DNA from: the human T2T-CHM13v2.0 reference genome, Homo sapiens
Direction: 5' to 3' (one strand)
NCBI RefSeq assembly: GCF_009914755.1
Contig: NC_060929.1
DNA length: 64,000 nt
Positions 12,895 through 25,869 of the stretch are shown here, in pieces. The notes under the pieces are model-generated. The model was not told where the DNA came from and did no database searches. It was given only the letters and a program-made list of their open reading frames with translations. The position numbers and the translations under genes were made by a program. Numbering within the stretch: the first letter of the stretch is position 1; the number at the start of each line of letters is the position of its first letter.

Positions 12895-14539
12895 ATTATC
12901 CAACTTTATATTTAAAATAGGAATCTTTCAAAAGTATATATGCATTGTGTACCTGTGTATTTTTTTTCTGGCTTCTTTTAAGATGTTAACTTTGTTAAAG
13001 GTTTTCAACAATTCAAATCAATCCAGAAATTGATGTTTCTGGACATGTTTTGTTTGTTTGTTTTCTATCATGCTGGGTTCATTTGAGTATCTTGGATCTG
13101 TGGATTTATCATTTTTATAAGCTTTGAAATACTTTAAATTCTTTAAGTATTTTCCCTACTCTTCTCATTTTCTCTTTTGGGGATTCAATTACAGATATAT
13201 AGACTGAGTGGTATTACCTCACTGGTCACTGAACTCTCTTTATGTCTTATTTAGCGTTTTTCTCTCCCTCTCTCTCTCTCTGGGCTTTATTTTAGGTAGT
13301 TTTTAACACAATGTGTTTATCTTCACTGATCTTCTCTTCTGTAGTGTTTAGTCTTCTGTTTTTCCCCTCCAGTGAATTTTAATATATTACAGATTTTTAG
13401 TTTTATAGGTTTCATTGTGTTTTGTTGTTGTTGTTGTTGAGTCATCTATTTCTCTCCTTATTTAGTAACTTTTTTTTTTTTTTACTTTTAATCTTAAAGA
13501 ATACTTACAGTAGCTGTTTTATAAACTCTTTGCAAATTTTATAACCTCTGAGATTTTGGGGCCTGTTTCTATTGACTAATATTTTTGCTTGGTTTTATGT
13601 TTACATTCTATTTTGCAGGCAGTTAAATTACTATGTATCTTCTTTATACTTTTAAGCATTGGTCTTAGTCATTGTAAGGTTGATCTAGAATCACATTTAC
13701 GTTAGGGCTAATTTAGTTCTACTATTGAAGCTTGGCCCTGCAGGGATCTCTAGTGAAATCTCTGGTCTTCATCAAGCTTGCTCCACTCATTGTGTCAGAT
13801 CATGTATGTTTCCCAGCTCTGAGTTATTCCTGAGAATTATTCTGCAGACATGTCTCCAGAAGGTGTTCTGTGCCCAGAGTCATGGAGTTTCACCTTACAA
13901 ATGTATTCCTTATTATTCAGCCAGAATCAAAAGCAGATCAGTAGACTTAATGGGTCTTTTTTCTTGCATAGCTCACTTGTCTGCGCTGGTCTGACTAACA
14001 AAATCAGGCCCCCTCAGCTTTCTCAATCTCCGATGTCTAGATTATCAACTATTTGAACATAGTGTTCTACTTTTCTTTCTTCTCTGGGCACAGCAGTCCA
14101 AAACATGCCACCAGAGAAAAAGTTGATGAAACTATATATAACATCTTTTTTGTTTCCTTCTCTTGGAGCTCATAGTCCATCACTGTCTATTGTATAAAGT
14201 CATAAAGCAGTGGTATTATATATTTTGTCCAGTTTCTAGTTATTTATAGAAAGAGGGAAAGTCCAGTACCATTAGCATTGCCATAGCTGGAAACAGAAGT
14301 CCCAAGTTCATATCTTTTATTTTTAAAATAAGTATTTATTTTCCCTGATTATAAAATGGATACTCATTGTACGTAATTTTGATTTCATACAGATCTTCAG
14401 AAGAAACATACTATTCTATAATTCCGTCATTTAATTCACTATCTTTTTTTTTTCTTAGAGCTGATGTTCCAAGACATCAAATATTAGAGCTAATATTTTC
14501 CCTCATGCTTCAAAGTACCTGTTAAAAAAAAAATGACTT

Positions 14540-14893
14540 GCCGGGCACAGTGGCTCATGCCTGTAATCCCAGAAATTTAGGAGGCTGAGGCAGGCAGACA
14601 GCTTGAACCCAAAAGTTTGAGACCAGCCTGGGTAACATGGAGAAACACTATCTCTACAAAACAATATATACATATGTATATACATATGCGTGTGTGTGTG
14701 CATATATATATACACACATGCACACACATATAAACACACATGTATTTATATTATACATATATGTACGTGTATGTATATATGTGTGTATATATACTATATA
14801 TATAATATATAGTGTATATATAATATATATTATTTATATATAATATATAGTGTATATATAATATATATTATTTATATATATATTACATATAAT

Positions 14894-14935
<42 letters not shown>

Positions 14936-15108
14936 AACACACACAAACCCAGCTGGGCATGGTGGCACTTGCCTGTAGTCCCAGCTGCTCAGGAGGCTGA
15001 GGTGGGAGGATCAATTGAGCCCAGGAAGTTGGGGCTGCAGTGTGCTGTGATCATGCCTTTGCACTCCAGCCTTGATAAAAAAGTGAGACTCTGTCTCAAT
15101 TAATGAAT
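14540..15108 (+). mobile_element. AluJ with its linker expanded into a ~285-bp TA/CA microsatellite
   Basis: Left arm 14540-14660, right arm 14948-15098; J diagnostics 'ggtgggaggatc..ttgagcccagga' and 'gctgcagtg'; TSD-like 'aaaa(a/c)atgacttg' on both sides. Confidence 0.9.
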
Positions 15109-16119
15109 TAAAACATGACTTGTGTTTTCACATTTCCCAGGTATGGTAACCTTGAAGTTATTTGTTATTTCTTTTCTTTACCTTGTTGCTGATTTTTTAC
15201 CTTTCCTAGAATCTCTCAGAAAGGCTATATGAAAGCATACCTCATTTTATTTCACTTCTCTTTATTGCACTTCACAGATTTCTTGCACACACAAATTTGT
15301 GTTTTTTACAAATTGAAGATTGTGACAACCCTGCATGAAATAAGTCTGTTGGTGCTGTTTTTCCAACAGCATGTGTTTACTTCATCTCTCTGTGTTACGT
15401 TTTGGTAATTCTCAAAATTATTTCAAACATTATTACTATTATATCTGTTATGGTGATCTGTGTTCAGTGATCTTTGGTGTGGCTATTATAATTCTTACGG
15501 GTACCACAAACAGCACCCATATAAGATGATGAGCTTAATCAATAAATAAATGTATGTGTTCAGACTGCTCCACTGACCAGCCGTTTCCCCACCACTCTCC
15601 ATCTCCTCAGATCTCCCTATTCCCTGAGACATGACAATATTGAAATTAAGCCAATTAATGACCCTACAATGGCTTCTGAGAGGTCAAGTAAAATGAAGAG
15701 TCACATGCCTCTCACTTTCAGTCAAAAGCTAAAAATGATTAATCTTAGTGAAGAAAGTATGTTGAAAACTGAGACAGGCTGAAAGCTAGACCTCTTGCAC
15801 CAAACAGCCAGGTTGCGAATGCAAAGGAAAAGTTTTTGAAGGAAATTGAAAATGATACTCCAGTGAACACACAAATGATGAGAAAATAAAATAGTTTTAA
15901 AGCTGCTATGGAGAAAGTTTAACTGATCTGAATAGAAGATCAAAACAGCTACAACATTTCCTTAAGCCAAAGCCTAATCCAGAGCAAGAGCCTATATCCT
16001 TTCAATTTATGAAGGCTGAGAGAAGTGAGGAAGCTGTAGAAGAAAAGACGAAAACTAGAAGAAAAGTTTAAAGAGAAATTGTAAACATTCAGTCCATTGC
16101 AGAGGATATGGTTCATGAG

Positions 16120-16857
16120 TGATGTGGTTTGGATGTGTGTTCCTGCCCAAATCTCATGTTGAATTGGAGGAGGGGCCATGAGGTAGGTGATTGGATCATG
16201 GGGGCAGAATTTCCCTTTGCTATTTGTATTAGTCTATTTTCACACTGCTATAAAGATACTACCTGAGACTGGGTAATTTATAAACAAAAGAGGTTTAATT
16301 GACTCACAGGTCTGCATGGCTGGGGAGGCCTCAGGAAACTTACAATAATGATGGAAGGTGAAAGAAAAGCAGGCACCTTCTACACAAGGCAACAGGAGAG
16401 ATAGAAAGTTTGAGGAAAACTGCAAATTTTAAACCATCAGATCTTGTGAGAGCTCCCTCACTATCATGAGAACACCATAGGGCAAACTGTCCCCGTGATC
16501 CAGTCACCTCCCAACAGGTCCCTTCCTTGACATGTGGGGATTAGAATTCGAGATGAGATTTGGGTGGAGACACAGAGCCAAACCATATCAGAGTTCTCAT
16601 AATAGTGAGTGAGTTCTCAAGAGATCCAGTTGAAAATATATGGCACTTTCCTCTTTGCTCTCTCTCTCTCTTTCCTGCTGCCATGTGAGGCAGGTCCTTG
16701 CTTCCCCTTCACTTTCTGCCATGATAGTAAGTTTCATGAGGCCTCCCAGTTATTCATCCCATTAAGCCTGCAGAACTGTGAGTCAATTAAACCTCCTTTC
16801 TTCACATTACCCAGTCTCAGGTAGTTTTTTGTAGCAGTGTAAGAATGGACAAATAGA
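16120..16857 (+). mobile_element. MSTA-type MaLR LTR inserted in Tigger1
   Basis: Termini 'tgatgtggtttgg' and 'gaatggacaaataga'; perfect 5-bp TSD ATGAG (16115-16119 and 16858-16862). Confidence 0.9.
16225..16590 (-). mobile_element. MSTA-type MaLR LTR nested antisense inside the previous LTR
   Basis: Termini 'tgtattagtctattttcacactgc' and 'gagccaaaccatatca'; the outer LTR sequence resumes at 16591. Confidence 0.9.
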
Positions 16858-19369
16858 ATGAGGTTTAAGAAAAGAAGCCATCTCCACAATCTGAAAGTGC
16901 AAGGTGAAGCAGCAAGTCCTGCTGGAGAAGCTGCAGCAAATTATCCAGAAGATCTAGCTAAGATCATTGATGAAGGTGGCTACACTAAAAAATAGATTTT
17001 CAGTGTAGATGAAGCAGCCTTCTATTGGAAGAAGATGACATATAGGACTTTTATAGTGAGAGAGGAGAAGTCAATGCCTGGCTTGAAAGCTAAAAAAGAC
17101 TGCTTTGTTAGGAGTTAATGCAGCTCATGATTTTAAGTTGAAGCTAATGTTCATTTACCATTCTGAAAAGCTTAGGACCCTTAAGAATTATGATTAATCT
17201 CTACTTGTGCTCCATGGATAGAACACAGACTGGCTGACAGCACATCTGTTTATAGCATAATTTACTGAATATTTTAAGCCCACTGTTGAAAATTACTGCT
17301 CAGAAAAAAAAGATTATGTTCAAAATATTACTGCTTATTAAGTTTGCAACCAGTGACCCAAGAGCTCTGATAGACATGTACAAGGAGGTTGGTGTTGTTT
17401 TCATGCCTGATAACACATTTATTCTGAAGCCCATTGATTAAGAGGAATTTGACTTTCAAGTCTTGTTATATAAGAAATAGATTTCATAAGACTATAGCTG
17501 CCATAGATATGGATTCCTCTGGTAGACCTGGAAAAAGTAAATTGAAAACCTTCTGGAAATAGTTTATCATTCTAGGTGCCATTAAGTAGGTTTGTGATTT
17601 GTGGGACGAGGTCAAAATATCAGCATTAACAGGAGTTTGGGAGAAACTGATCCGACCCTCATGTATGACTTTGAAGGGTTCAACCTTTCAGTGGAGGAAG
17701 TACTGCAGATGTGGTAGGAAGAGCAAAAATACTAGAACTAGAGGTGGAGCCTGCAAATGTGACTGAACTGCTGCAATCTCACGGTAAAAATTAAATCGAT
17801 GAGGAGTTACTTCTTATGGATGAACAACGAAAATAGTTTCTGGAGATGGAACCTACTCATGATGAAGATGCTATGAATATTGCTGAAATGACAAAGATTT
17901 AGAATTTTACATAAACTTAGTTGATAAAGCAATGGCATGTTTTGAGCAGATTGAATCCAATTTTGAAAGAAGTTCTACTGTGAGTAAAATGCTGTCAAAC
18001 AGCATTGCATGCTATAGAGAAATGTTTCATAAAAGGAAGAGTCAGTTGATGCAGCAAACTTCACTGTTTGTTTTATTTTAAGAAATTGCCCCAGTCACCC
18101 CAAACTTCAGCAATCTCCACCCTGATCAGTGAGTAGCCATCAACATTGAGGCAAGGCCCTCTACCAGTGAAAAGATTCTGACCCTCTGAAGGTCCAAATA
18201 ATTGTTAGCATTTTTTAGCATTTAAACATTTTTAAATTAAGGTATGTACATTTTTTGATGTAATGCTATTGCACCCTTAATAGACTATAATGTAGTGTAA
18301 ATGCAATTTATATATGCACTGGGAAACAAAAAAAAACTTTGTTAATTGTTTTATTGATATATTTATTGCAGTTGTCTGGACCCAAACTCGTGGTATCTCC
18401 AAAGTATGCCTGTATGTGTGTATGTGTGTATCAAAGATATTTCTTTACTGATACCATTTTAGATTACATTAAATTGCACTAACTACGTGTCTTGTGTGCA
18501 AGAGTAGACTATAAGCTTAATGTGGACAGAAACCATAGTTTATTCTCTTGTATGTCCTAAGGTTGGCTGTTGTTTTGTTTCCTCCTAATAAGTCACAAGT
18601 TTAAGTGGTTCCTTCACTTCCAGAGTGTGAAAACCTGGACAAGTTAGCTAGTATCTCTAAATCCTTGTCTTCTGTTCTATAGATAATAATCCCCTTGTTT
18701 TTCCTACAAAGATCATCTAGCCCATCACTAAAGCAGTTCTTGATGATAGTTTTCTAGTTCAGCTCATGTATCTAACTAAATTCTGTTAATACAAATTTTA
18801 CCAATTACAAGTTATATTTGTGATACAAGGAATTCATAAAAGGAAAACCTCTAAATTGTTTTTGTGATATATATATAAAGTCAAAGTAATATACATTTTA
18901 TTTTCTGAATCTTCTTAACTGTCATTTCAAAGAAAACCATAAGTATTCGGGCAAAATGTTGGTCACATCCTATCATAAAAGATATTTCCCTTGTATTAAA
19001 ACTTCAGAAATCAACTCTTATCTTAAGCATTAGAATAAAAATAAATATTTAGAATAATTAAAGATGTTAAAAATGCATTATACGTGTGAGAAATGCATGT
19101 ACCTGAACTCTGGTTCATTTTTTCTTATTCATCTCAAATAATTAGAAGCTGATTCAATTAAGAAGAATATACTTTTGGAATTTTGTGCATTAAGATGTCA
19201 TTTTCTTTTTTCATGGCTTACATATGCACCTGTTATGGCTTTACAGATAAAATAATTGAATATTGTCTGTGTTTTTTACTTACTAACAAACTGTTGAATT
19301 GAATAATCTGATTTTTAAATTAATTCTAGAGGTTACTCTAATGTGTTCTTAATTATGATTATGAAAATC

Positions 19370-19790
19370 TGCAGTAGTTAGGGGTTCTCCAGAGAAGCAG
19401 AATTACAGAATCAGGAGCAGGAGAAGGAGAGAGAGAGAAAGTTATTTTAAATAATTTGTTCACACAATTGCAGAAGTTTGATAAATTCAAAATCTGCAAG
19501 ATAGACCAGCATGCTGGAGATTCAAAGAGTTGAGATTCCAGTTCAAAAGCAATCTGCTTAGAAAATTCTTTCTTATTCTGGGGAGGTCATTCTTTATTCT
19601 ACTGAGGACTTTAACTGATTGGATGAAAACCACACACATGATGGAAGATATTCTGCTTTACTCAAAATCCACAGATTTAAATGTTAATCTTATCCGAAAA
19701 ATACCTTCACAAAAACATGCAGAATAATATTTGACCAAGTATCTGGGCACCATGGCCCAGCCAAGTTGGCACATAACATTAACCATCACA
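19370..19790 (-). mobile_element. MLT2-type (ERVL) 3' LTR
   Basis: 'gggttctccagagaagcagaa' ... 'cattaaccatcaca', followed by the PPT complement 'agtccacc'. Confidence 0.85.
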
Positions 19791-21490
19791 AGTCCACCTC
19801 TGTCAGCTTGTTAGGTTGCATCTTTTTAATGAAGCTTTTTTCCACATTCTACCTTTCTGTCATTAAGCTGCATTAGGATGATGGGAAACATGGTAAGACC
19901 AGTGAATACCATGAGTATAGGCTCATTGTCATACTTCATTTGCTGTGAAGGGAGTTTTCAATCAGAAGCAATGCTGTGTGGAGTACCATAATGGTGAGTA
20001 AGTCCTTCTGTAAGTCCACAGATGGCGCGTTTGGCAGAAATATAGTATGCAGGGCAGGCTAACCCACATCTGGCCTAAGTGTCTATTCTAGTAAAACAAA
20101 ACACTGCCCTTTTCATTATAGAAGCAACCAAACTGCCACCCCAGGGAATTGTGTCATATTGAGGATTCAGTGTTGTTCTCTACTGCTGGCATATTGAGCA
20201 CTTAGCAGTGGCTATATCTAGATTGACTTGATGAGTGGGAATCTATGTTGCTGAGCCCATGCATAATTGCCATTCCTACCACCATGGCAACTTTATGAGC
20301 CCATTGGGCAATAACAGGGGTAGTTAGAAGAAAAAAAAAGCTGACTGGTATCCATGAAATGGGTCATGTTATCCACTTGATTATTAAAATCCTCCTCTGC
20401 TGAGGTCATACTTTGGTGAGCATTCACGTAGAACACAAGTATTGCTATAATTTTTGTCCATTCAGAGTTGTCTGTCTACATACCTCTTGCTCAGACTTCC
20501 TTGTCATTTTTTTTAAAATTTTACTTTCACTTCTGGGATACATGTGCAGAACATGTAGAGTCATCAATTTTTCAATCATGTTCCTTCCAAGTACCTGACC
20601 ATTCAGTCAAACCATTGGCTATAGCTCGTTAATCAGTATATAATTAGTATATATCTGATTACTTCTCCTTGCAAGCCAAATGGACAACCAAGTGTTCCTG
20701 AAGTTCTGCTGACTGGGAAGACTTACTTTCACCACCATCCTTCAGGAATGTCTTAGACAGGGGCTATAGTACTGCAGCTGCCACTTTTGAGTGGTGCCTG
20801 CATAAGAAACATCTGTAAGACACATCTGTAAACCAAGCCCAAGTCTTCTCATCCACAATGAACTGATTATAGGGATCTCCACATGAGACCATAGGTGCAG
20901 GCTGAGAGATAGAAGTCAGTGTAACAGGAATGAGGACCATGAACATTTGAGCCACTTCTTCATGTAACTTACTTATGTTTTCAGGGCTTGCTTGGACCTA
21001 ATCATGTACATAACACTTCCATTTGATGATGGAGTGCTGCCGTGTATGCCCAATTTTATTGCTTGGTGGGCTAAATAATTCCCAGTTCATGATGAAAAGC
21101 TCAGGTCACTTGGCTGTCCATGGTTAAACATTCAATCTCCACTAGGCCCAGTACTGGTCCAAAAGCTATTTCTCAAAAGGAAAGTAGTTATATACAGAGA
21201 ATGAAAGAGTTTTGCTCCAAAATTCTAAAAGGCTCAATGGCTCACCTATAGGGATATAATATAGATCCCAAACAGCGTCCCTATCTGCTACTTTAAGCAC
21301 CATTGGATCTGCTGAATCATATGGACCAATGGGCAGTACAGCTTTCACAGAAGCCTAGACCTGTTGCAGAGCCTTCTCTTGTTCTGGGCCCCACTCAAAA
21401 CTGCAGCTTTTTAGGCCATTTCATAAATGGGCTGGAGTAGCACGCCCACATGATGAATTTGTTGTCTCCATAGTCCAAAAAGGCTCATAA
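19791..21490 (-). mobile_element. ERVL internal pol remnant (RT connection / RNase H / integrase)
   Basis: Minus-strand peptides 'LPIGPYDSADPMVLKVADRDAVWDL', 'DEKTWAWFTDVS' (RNase H AWFTDGS motif) and integrase-like 'HHPNAA...ER'; many stops. Confidence 0.85.
20508..20559 (-). mobile_element. Very short (~52 bp) L1PA 3'-end insertion inside ERVL
   Basis: T-run then 'cttctgggatacatgtgcagaacatgtag' (L1PA7/8-like terminus), flanked by GTCAT at 20503-20507 and 20560-20564. Confidence 0.7.
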
Positions 21491-21808
21491 TGAGAGAATA
21501 TCCAATCTGATATCCAAATGTATCACACTATCCAGAGAATTTTAATGTATGAAGGGATTAACTTCCTAAGTGGCAAATTCTGCTAACCTTAGACTGATTC
21601 TAGCAAGCAGAAATCAGCATGCTACAGATTTGTAGAACTACTTGAATATGTCAATAATATCCTAACCCTAAGGTATAAAGAAAATTTCCAAATACTTGTG
21701 GGTAGGATCAGTAGAATAACCTATAATGGAATGTTCATTTGTAATCTAATAATATTTACCTTTGTGAATAGTTCAATTTTAGAGTGATTAATATTTTAAT
21801 TTTCCTTT

Positions 21809-23366
21809 TTTTTTATTATACTTTAACTTCTAGGGTACATGTGCACAATGTGCAGATTTGTTACATATGTATACATGTGCCATGTTGGTGCGCTGCACCC
21901 GTTAACTAGTCATTTACATTAGGCATATCTCCTAATGCTATCCATTCCCCCTCCCCCCACCCCATGACAGTCTCTGGTGTGTGACATATTTCTCCCTGTG
22001 TCCAAGTGTTTTCATTATTCAATTTCCACCTATAAGTGAGAACATGCGATGTTTGGTTTTCTGTCCTTGCAATAGTTTGCTCAGAATGATGGTTTCTAGC
22101 TTCATCCATGTCCCTACAAAGGACATGAACTCATCCTTTTTTATGGCTGCATAGCATTCCATGGTGTATATGTGCCACATTTTCTTATTCCAGTCTATCA
22201 TTGTTGGGCATTTGGGTTGGTTCCAAGTCTTTGCTATTGTGAATAGTGCAGCAATAAACATACATGTGCATGTGTCTTTATAGCAGCATGATTTATAATC
22301 CTTTGGGTATATGCCCCGTAATGGGATGGCTGGGTCAAATGGTATTTCTAGTTCTAGATCCATGAGGAATCGCCACACTGTCTTCCACAATGGTTGAACT
22401 AGTTTACAGTCCCACCAACAGTGTAAAAGCATTCCTACTTCTCCACATCCTCTCCAGCACCTGTTGTTTCCTGACTTTTTTTTTTATTATACTTTAAGTT
22501 TTAGGGTACATGTGCACAATGTGCAGGTTAGTTACATATGTATACATGTGCCATGCTGGTGTGCTGCACCCATTAACTCGTCATTTAGCATTAGGTATAT
22601 CTCCTCATGCTATCCCTCCCCCCTCCCCCCACCCCACCACAGTCCCCAGAGTGTGATGTTCCCCTTCCTGTGTCCATGTTTTCTCATTGTTCAATTCCCA
22701 TCTATGAGTGAGAACATGCGGTGTTTGGTTTTTTGTCCTTGCGATAGTTTACTGAGAGTGATGATTTCCAATTGCATCCATGTCCCTACAAAGGACATGA
22801 ACTCATCATTTTTTATGCCTGCATAGTATTCCATGGTGTATATCTGCCACATTTTCTTAATCCAGTCTATCATTGATGGACATTTGGGTTGATTCCAAGT
22901 CTTTGCTATTGTGGATAGTGCCACAATAAACATACGTGTGCATGTGTCTTTATAGCAGCGTGATTTATAGTCCTTTGGGTATATACCCAGTAATGGGATG
23001 GCTGGGTCACATGGTATTTCTAGTTCTAGATCCCTGAGGAATCGCCACACTGACTTCTACAATGGTTGAACTAGTTTACAGTCCCACCAACAGTGTAAAA
23101 GTGTTCCTATTTCTCCACATCCTCTCCAGCACCTGTTGTTTCCTGACTTTTTAATGATTGCCATTCTAACTGGTGTGAGATGGTATCTCATTGTGATTTT
23201 GATTTGCATTTCTCTGATGGTCAGTGATGATGAGCATTTTTTCATGTGTCTGTTGGCTGCATAAATGTCTTCTTTCCAGAATCTACAGAGAACTTAAACA
23301 AATTTACAAGAAAAAATCAAACAACCCCATCAAAAAGTGGGCAAAGGATATGAACAGATACTTCTC
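21809..23366 (-). mobile_element. Truncated, 5'-inverted L1PA6-like element (outer element)
   Basis: 3' end at 21809-22475 with PA5/6 diagnostics (ttctaggg, tttgttaca, catttacattagg, ccaagtg, gctcagaatg); inverted segment 23276-23366; 11-bp TSD aattttccttt at 21798-21808 and 23367-23377. Confidence 0.9.
22476..23150 (-). mobile_element. L1PA3-like 3' fragment inserted in the L1PA6 element
   Basis: New poly(T) plus a 3' end with PA3 diagnostics (ttttaggg, ggttagttaca, catttagcattagg, gtccccagagtgtgatgttc, tttatagtcc). The 5' boundary is not visible. Confidence 0.85.
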
Positions 23367-23469
23367 AATTTTCCTTTAAAAGCATGAAGTAAGCAAAGTC
23401 ATTAACATCAAAAGTTTTTATTTGCTCTGGTTTGGAAACCATTACAAAGTTGGTTAGAACCAAATTATT

Positions 23470-23471
<2 letters not shown>

Positions 23472-23503
<32 letters not shown>
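23472..23503. repeat. (AT)16 microsatellite
   Basis: Read directly. Confidence 0.95.
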
Positions 23504-23507
<4 letters not shown>

Positions 23508-24159
23508 GGCAAAAAAATGAATAGTACTTTAGTACTTTTAATTTTTATGAATTTAAAACTCTATTGACAGGGCCTGAGGGCCAGAGCTGTGTTCATCTTT
23601 CATTGGCTCTGTAAGATTAGTGAATATATTTCTTGAATTAAAATCTAGATGCATAGTTATATAGTAAGATAGCATGGCAGAATATTTTAAACGGAGACTA
23701 TTCTAGAAAGTCTACAGCTTATTTTCTATAAGATTATGAAAAAAGTTAATTTTTGAAGTTCCTACGGATTTATTTCAATTATCCATCATTTATAATAATT
23801 CCTTCCTAAATTGATGAGACTGGATTGAGACAACCACAAACAGAGGAGGATATTAAGAGGAACAGGAGACTATTTAGAAAGTTATCTTACTTTCAACATT
23901 TACTAGATACGCCCAAATGTATTCTGAGACACATAGTCTTTTGTCATGCATTCTTTTATAATGAAAATGTAGAAAAGACAGAAATAAGCCAAGATTCCGT
24001 TAAAGAGACATAAAAACAGAAGAAAGAATAATTTAAAAAAAAAAAGATAAAAACAGAAATAATTGAATTCTTATCCAGTCTTGGGTACTTCTTTTCAGTA
24101 ATGCAAAAATGGCCTAACACAGAAATGTAGTCTAAAATTTGAGAATAATGATTCTCAAA

Positions 24160-24330
24160 CTAGAATGCCTGTTTTAATGCTACCTCTGCCACTTATAAGG
24201 TGTATGATACTGCATAAGTTGTTTTAACATTTGTACCTCAGTTTCCTATTAATTAAAATAAGTGTAATGATAGTATTAACCTCATAATATGTTAGAATAA
24301 AATAAATTAATACTTTAAAGCTAAATAATG
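24160..24330 (+). mobile_element. MIR fragment
   Basis: 'ctctgccactta...tacctcagtttcctatt..aaaataag..taatgatagta' MIR core. Confidence 0.65.
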
Positions 24331-25869
24331 CCTAAATTTTTCTGCAAGTGTTAAGAAGATAGAACAAATAAAATATGTAGGAAAAGTATTATACAATAAC
24401 CTAATCAATGGAGCTCTGAAGTAAATAAGAAAAACAATAAATGTTCTGAAAAAAACAAGGGTTGACAGCCTGAAATATTAGTGGGGTAGAATGACAGTAA
24501 GTTCAAGCTGAAACTAAAGATGGTCTATAGGTATTCGCCAGTTATAGTAAATAAGAGGCTTGCTTTTAATAGCCAAAGGGCTTAAGAGTAAACATTTAGA
24601 GTTCCAGTGAGATTAATAGAAACAATTAAAGAGCTGTATCTTAGTAAATGCATGGACAGGGAAAAAAGTTACACTACTAGCAAAAGAAGAAAAAAAAGTA
24701 AACATTTTGTTTCAGCCTGAATTCCTGAGAATGGGTTAGGAGGATAATTTTTCTATCCAGGAATTCTTAATTATGGGTTTAAAGATGCAATTTTTACTAA
24801 TAGCTTTTTTTTTCAAACCTCAGTCTGTAAAATTAATTTAAAATGAACATATTGGATATTCTTGAGAATCTGAAAGGACTCATTCTAAACCTGTGTGTCT
24901 CAGTGTTCTTAAAGATAAAGCTGTATCAAAGGGCTTTGTATTTGAGTTTAGATTTGAGTTCCAAATCCAAATGTCAAATTAAAAATTCACCATGGGAAGA
25001 GGCAAAAGCTTCAGTTAATGTCATTATTGGAACAAAATTTATAATAAAAATTGTTGAAGTATTTTAAAAGTTTAAAGACACCACACATCTGAGAAAATAA
25101 GATAATAGGACTAAAATACAATATATTTGAAAAATCTTTATCTAGATATGGAAATAAAGAAACTCATCATTAAAATAATAATAAAAAAGACAAATGAACA
25201 GCTAGACATAGCAAAAGAGAGAAGGAGCTAGAAGTTAGAGTTGAAGAAATTACACTGAATGTAATTTAATAAATATAGAATGGAAACTATTAGAAAGTGG
25301 TTAACATATATGAAATGTGGCACATGTCTATTTAGTGTGCCATGAGAAGAAAACGGAATGACTGAACATTTTCCAGAATTATTGAAAGGCATAATTTTTC
25401 AGGTTCAGAAAGTTTTGAAAATCTGAAGCAAGAAAAATGAAAAGAAACAAACATTTATTTACATAATAGTAAAACTCTATAACATAAAAAGACTAACAAA
25501 GTGAAATAAAAAATTTCTTAAAACAAAAAAATTAGAAACTGATAACTCACTTAGCCACAGTAAAAATATAAAAGTATATAAATGGCTTCAAAAATCTGAG
25601 AAGCAATGACTGGCAACCCAGTATTTTATATCCAACAAAACTACCTTTTACCAATAAAGGTGAAATAAAGAAATCTTTAAAACAAACCAAAAACTTTATG
25701 ATAAGCCAGCCCTAATTAAAGAATTTCTAATGACATACTTCACAAAGAAGAATATGATATCTTAAAAAGAGCCTATAACACAAGAAGAAAAATGAGCAAT
25801 TAAATTAGTAAACACAAGGGGAATGTTATATGTCTTAACTTTATAATAAACATAAGCGTTTTAGAGATC

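Larger units (their letters stand above)
9890..14300 (-). mobile_element. Old L1M (L1MC/MD/ME-type) fragments, interrupted by a microsatellite and a THE1 LTR
   Basis: Antisense L1M 3' end ('tttgacaaatgtatatatcaatgtgcaaccaccaccacaatcaagata'); ORF2 relic 'QDLHIENYKTLLRETKKD' in ORF 10427-10873; T-rich ORF2-like antisense sequence 10650-12500. Confidence 0.7.
15232..18412 (+). mobile_element. Full-length Tigger1 (TcMar/pogo) DNA transposon with decayed transposase
   Basis: TIRs '(aaa)gcatacctc' and 'aaagtatgcctg' followed by TA. The transposase relic starts 'atggcttctgagaggtcaagt...aagctaaaaatgatt' at 15669 (MASKCSSERKS...KLEMIKLSEEG-like) and includes DDE-region 'gtagatgaagcagccttctattggaagaagatg' (VDEAAFYWKKM). 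Confidence 0.92.
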
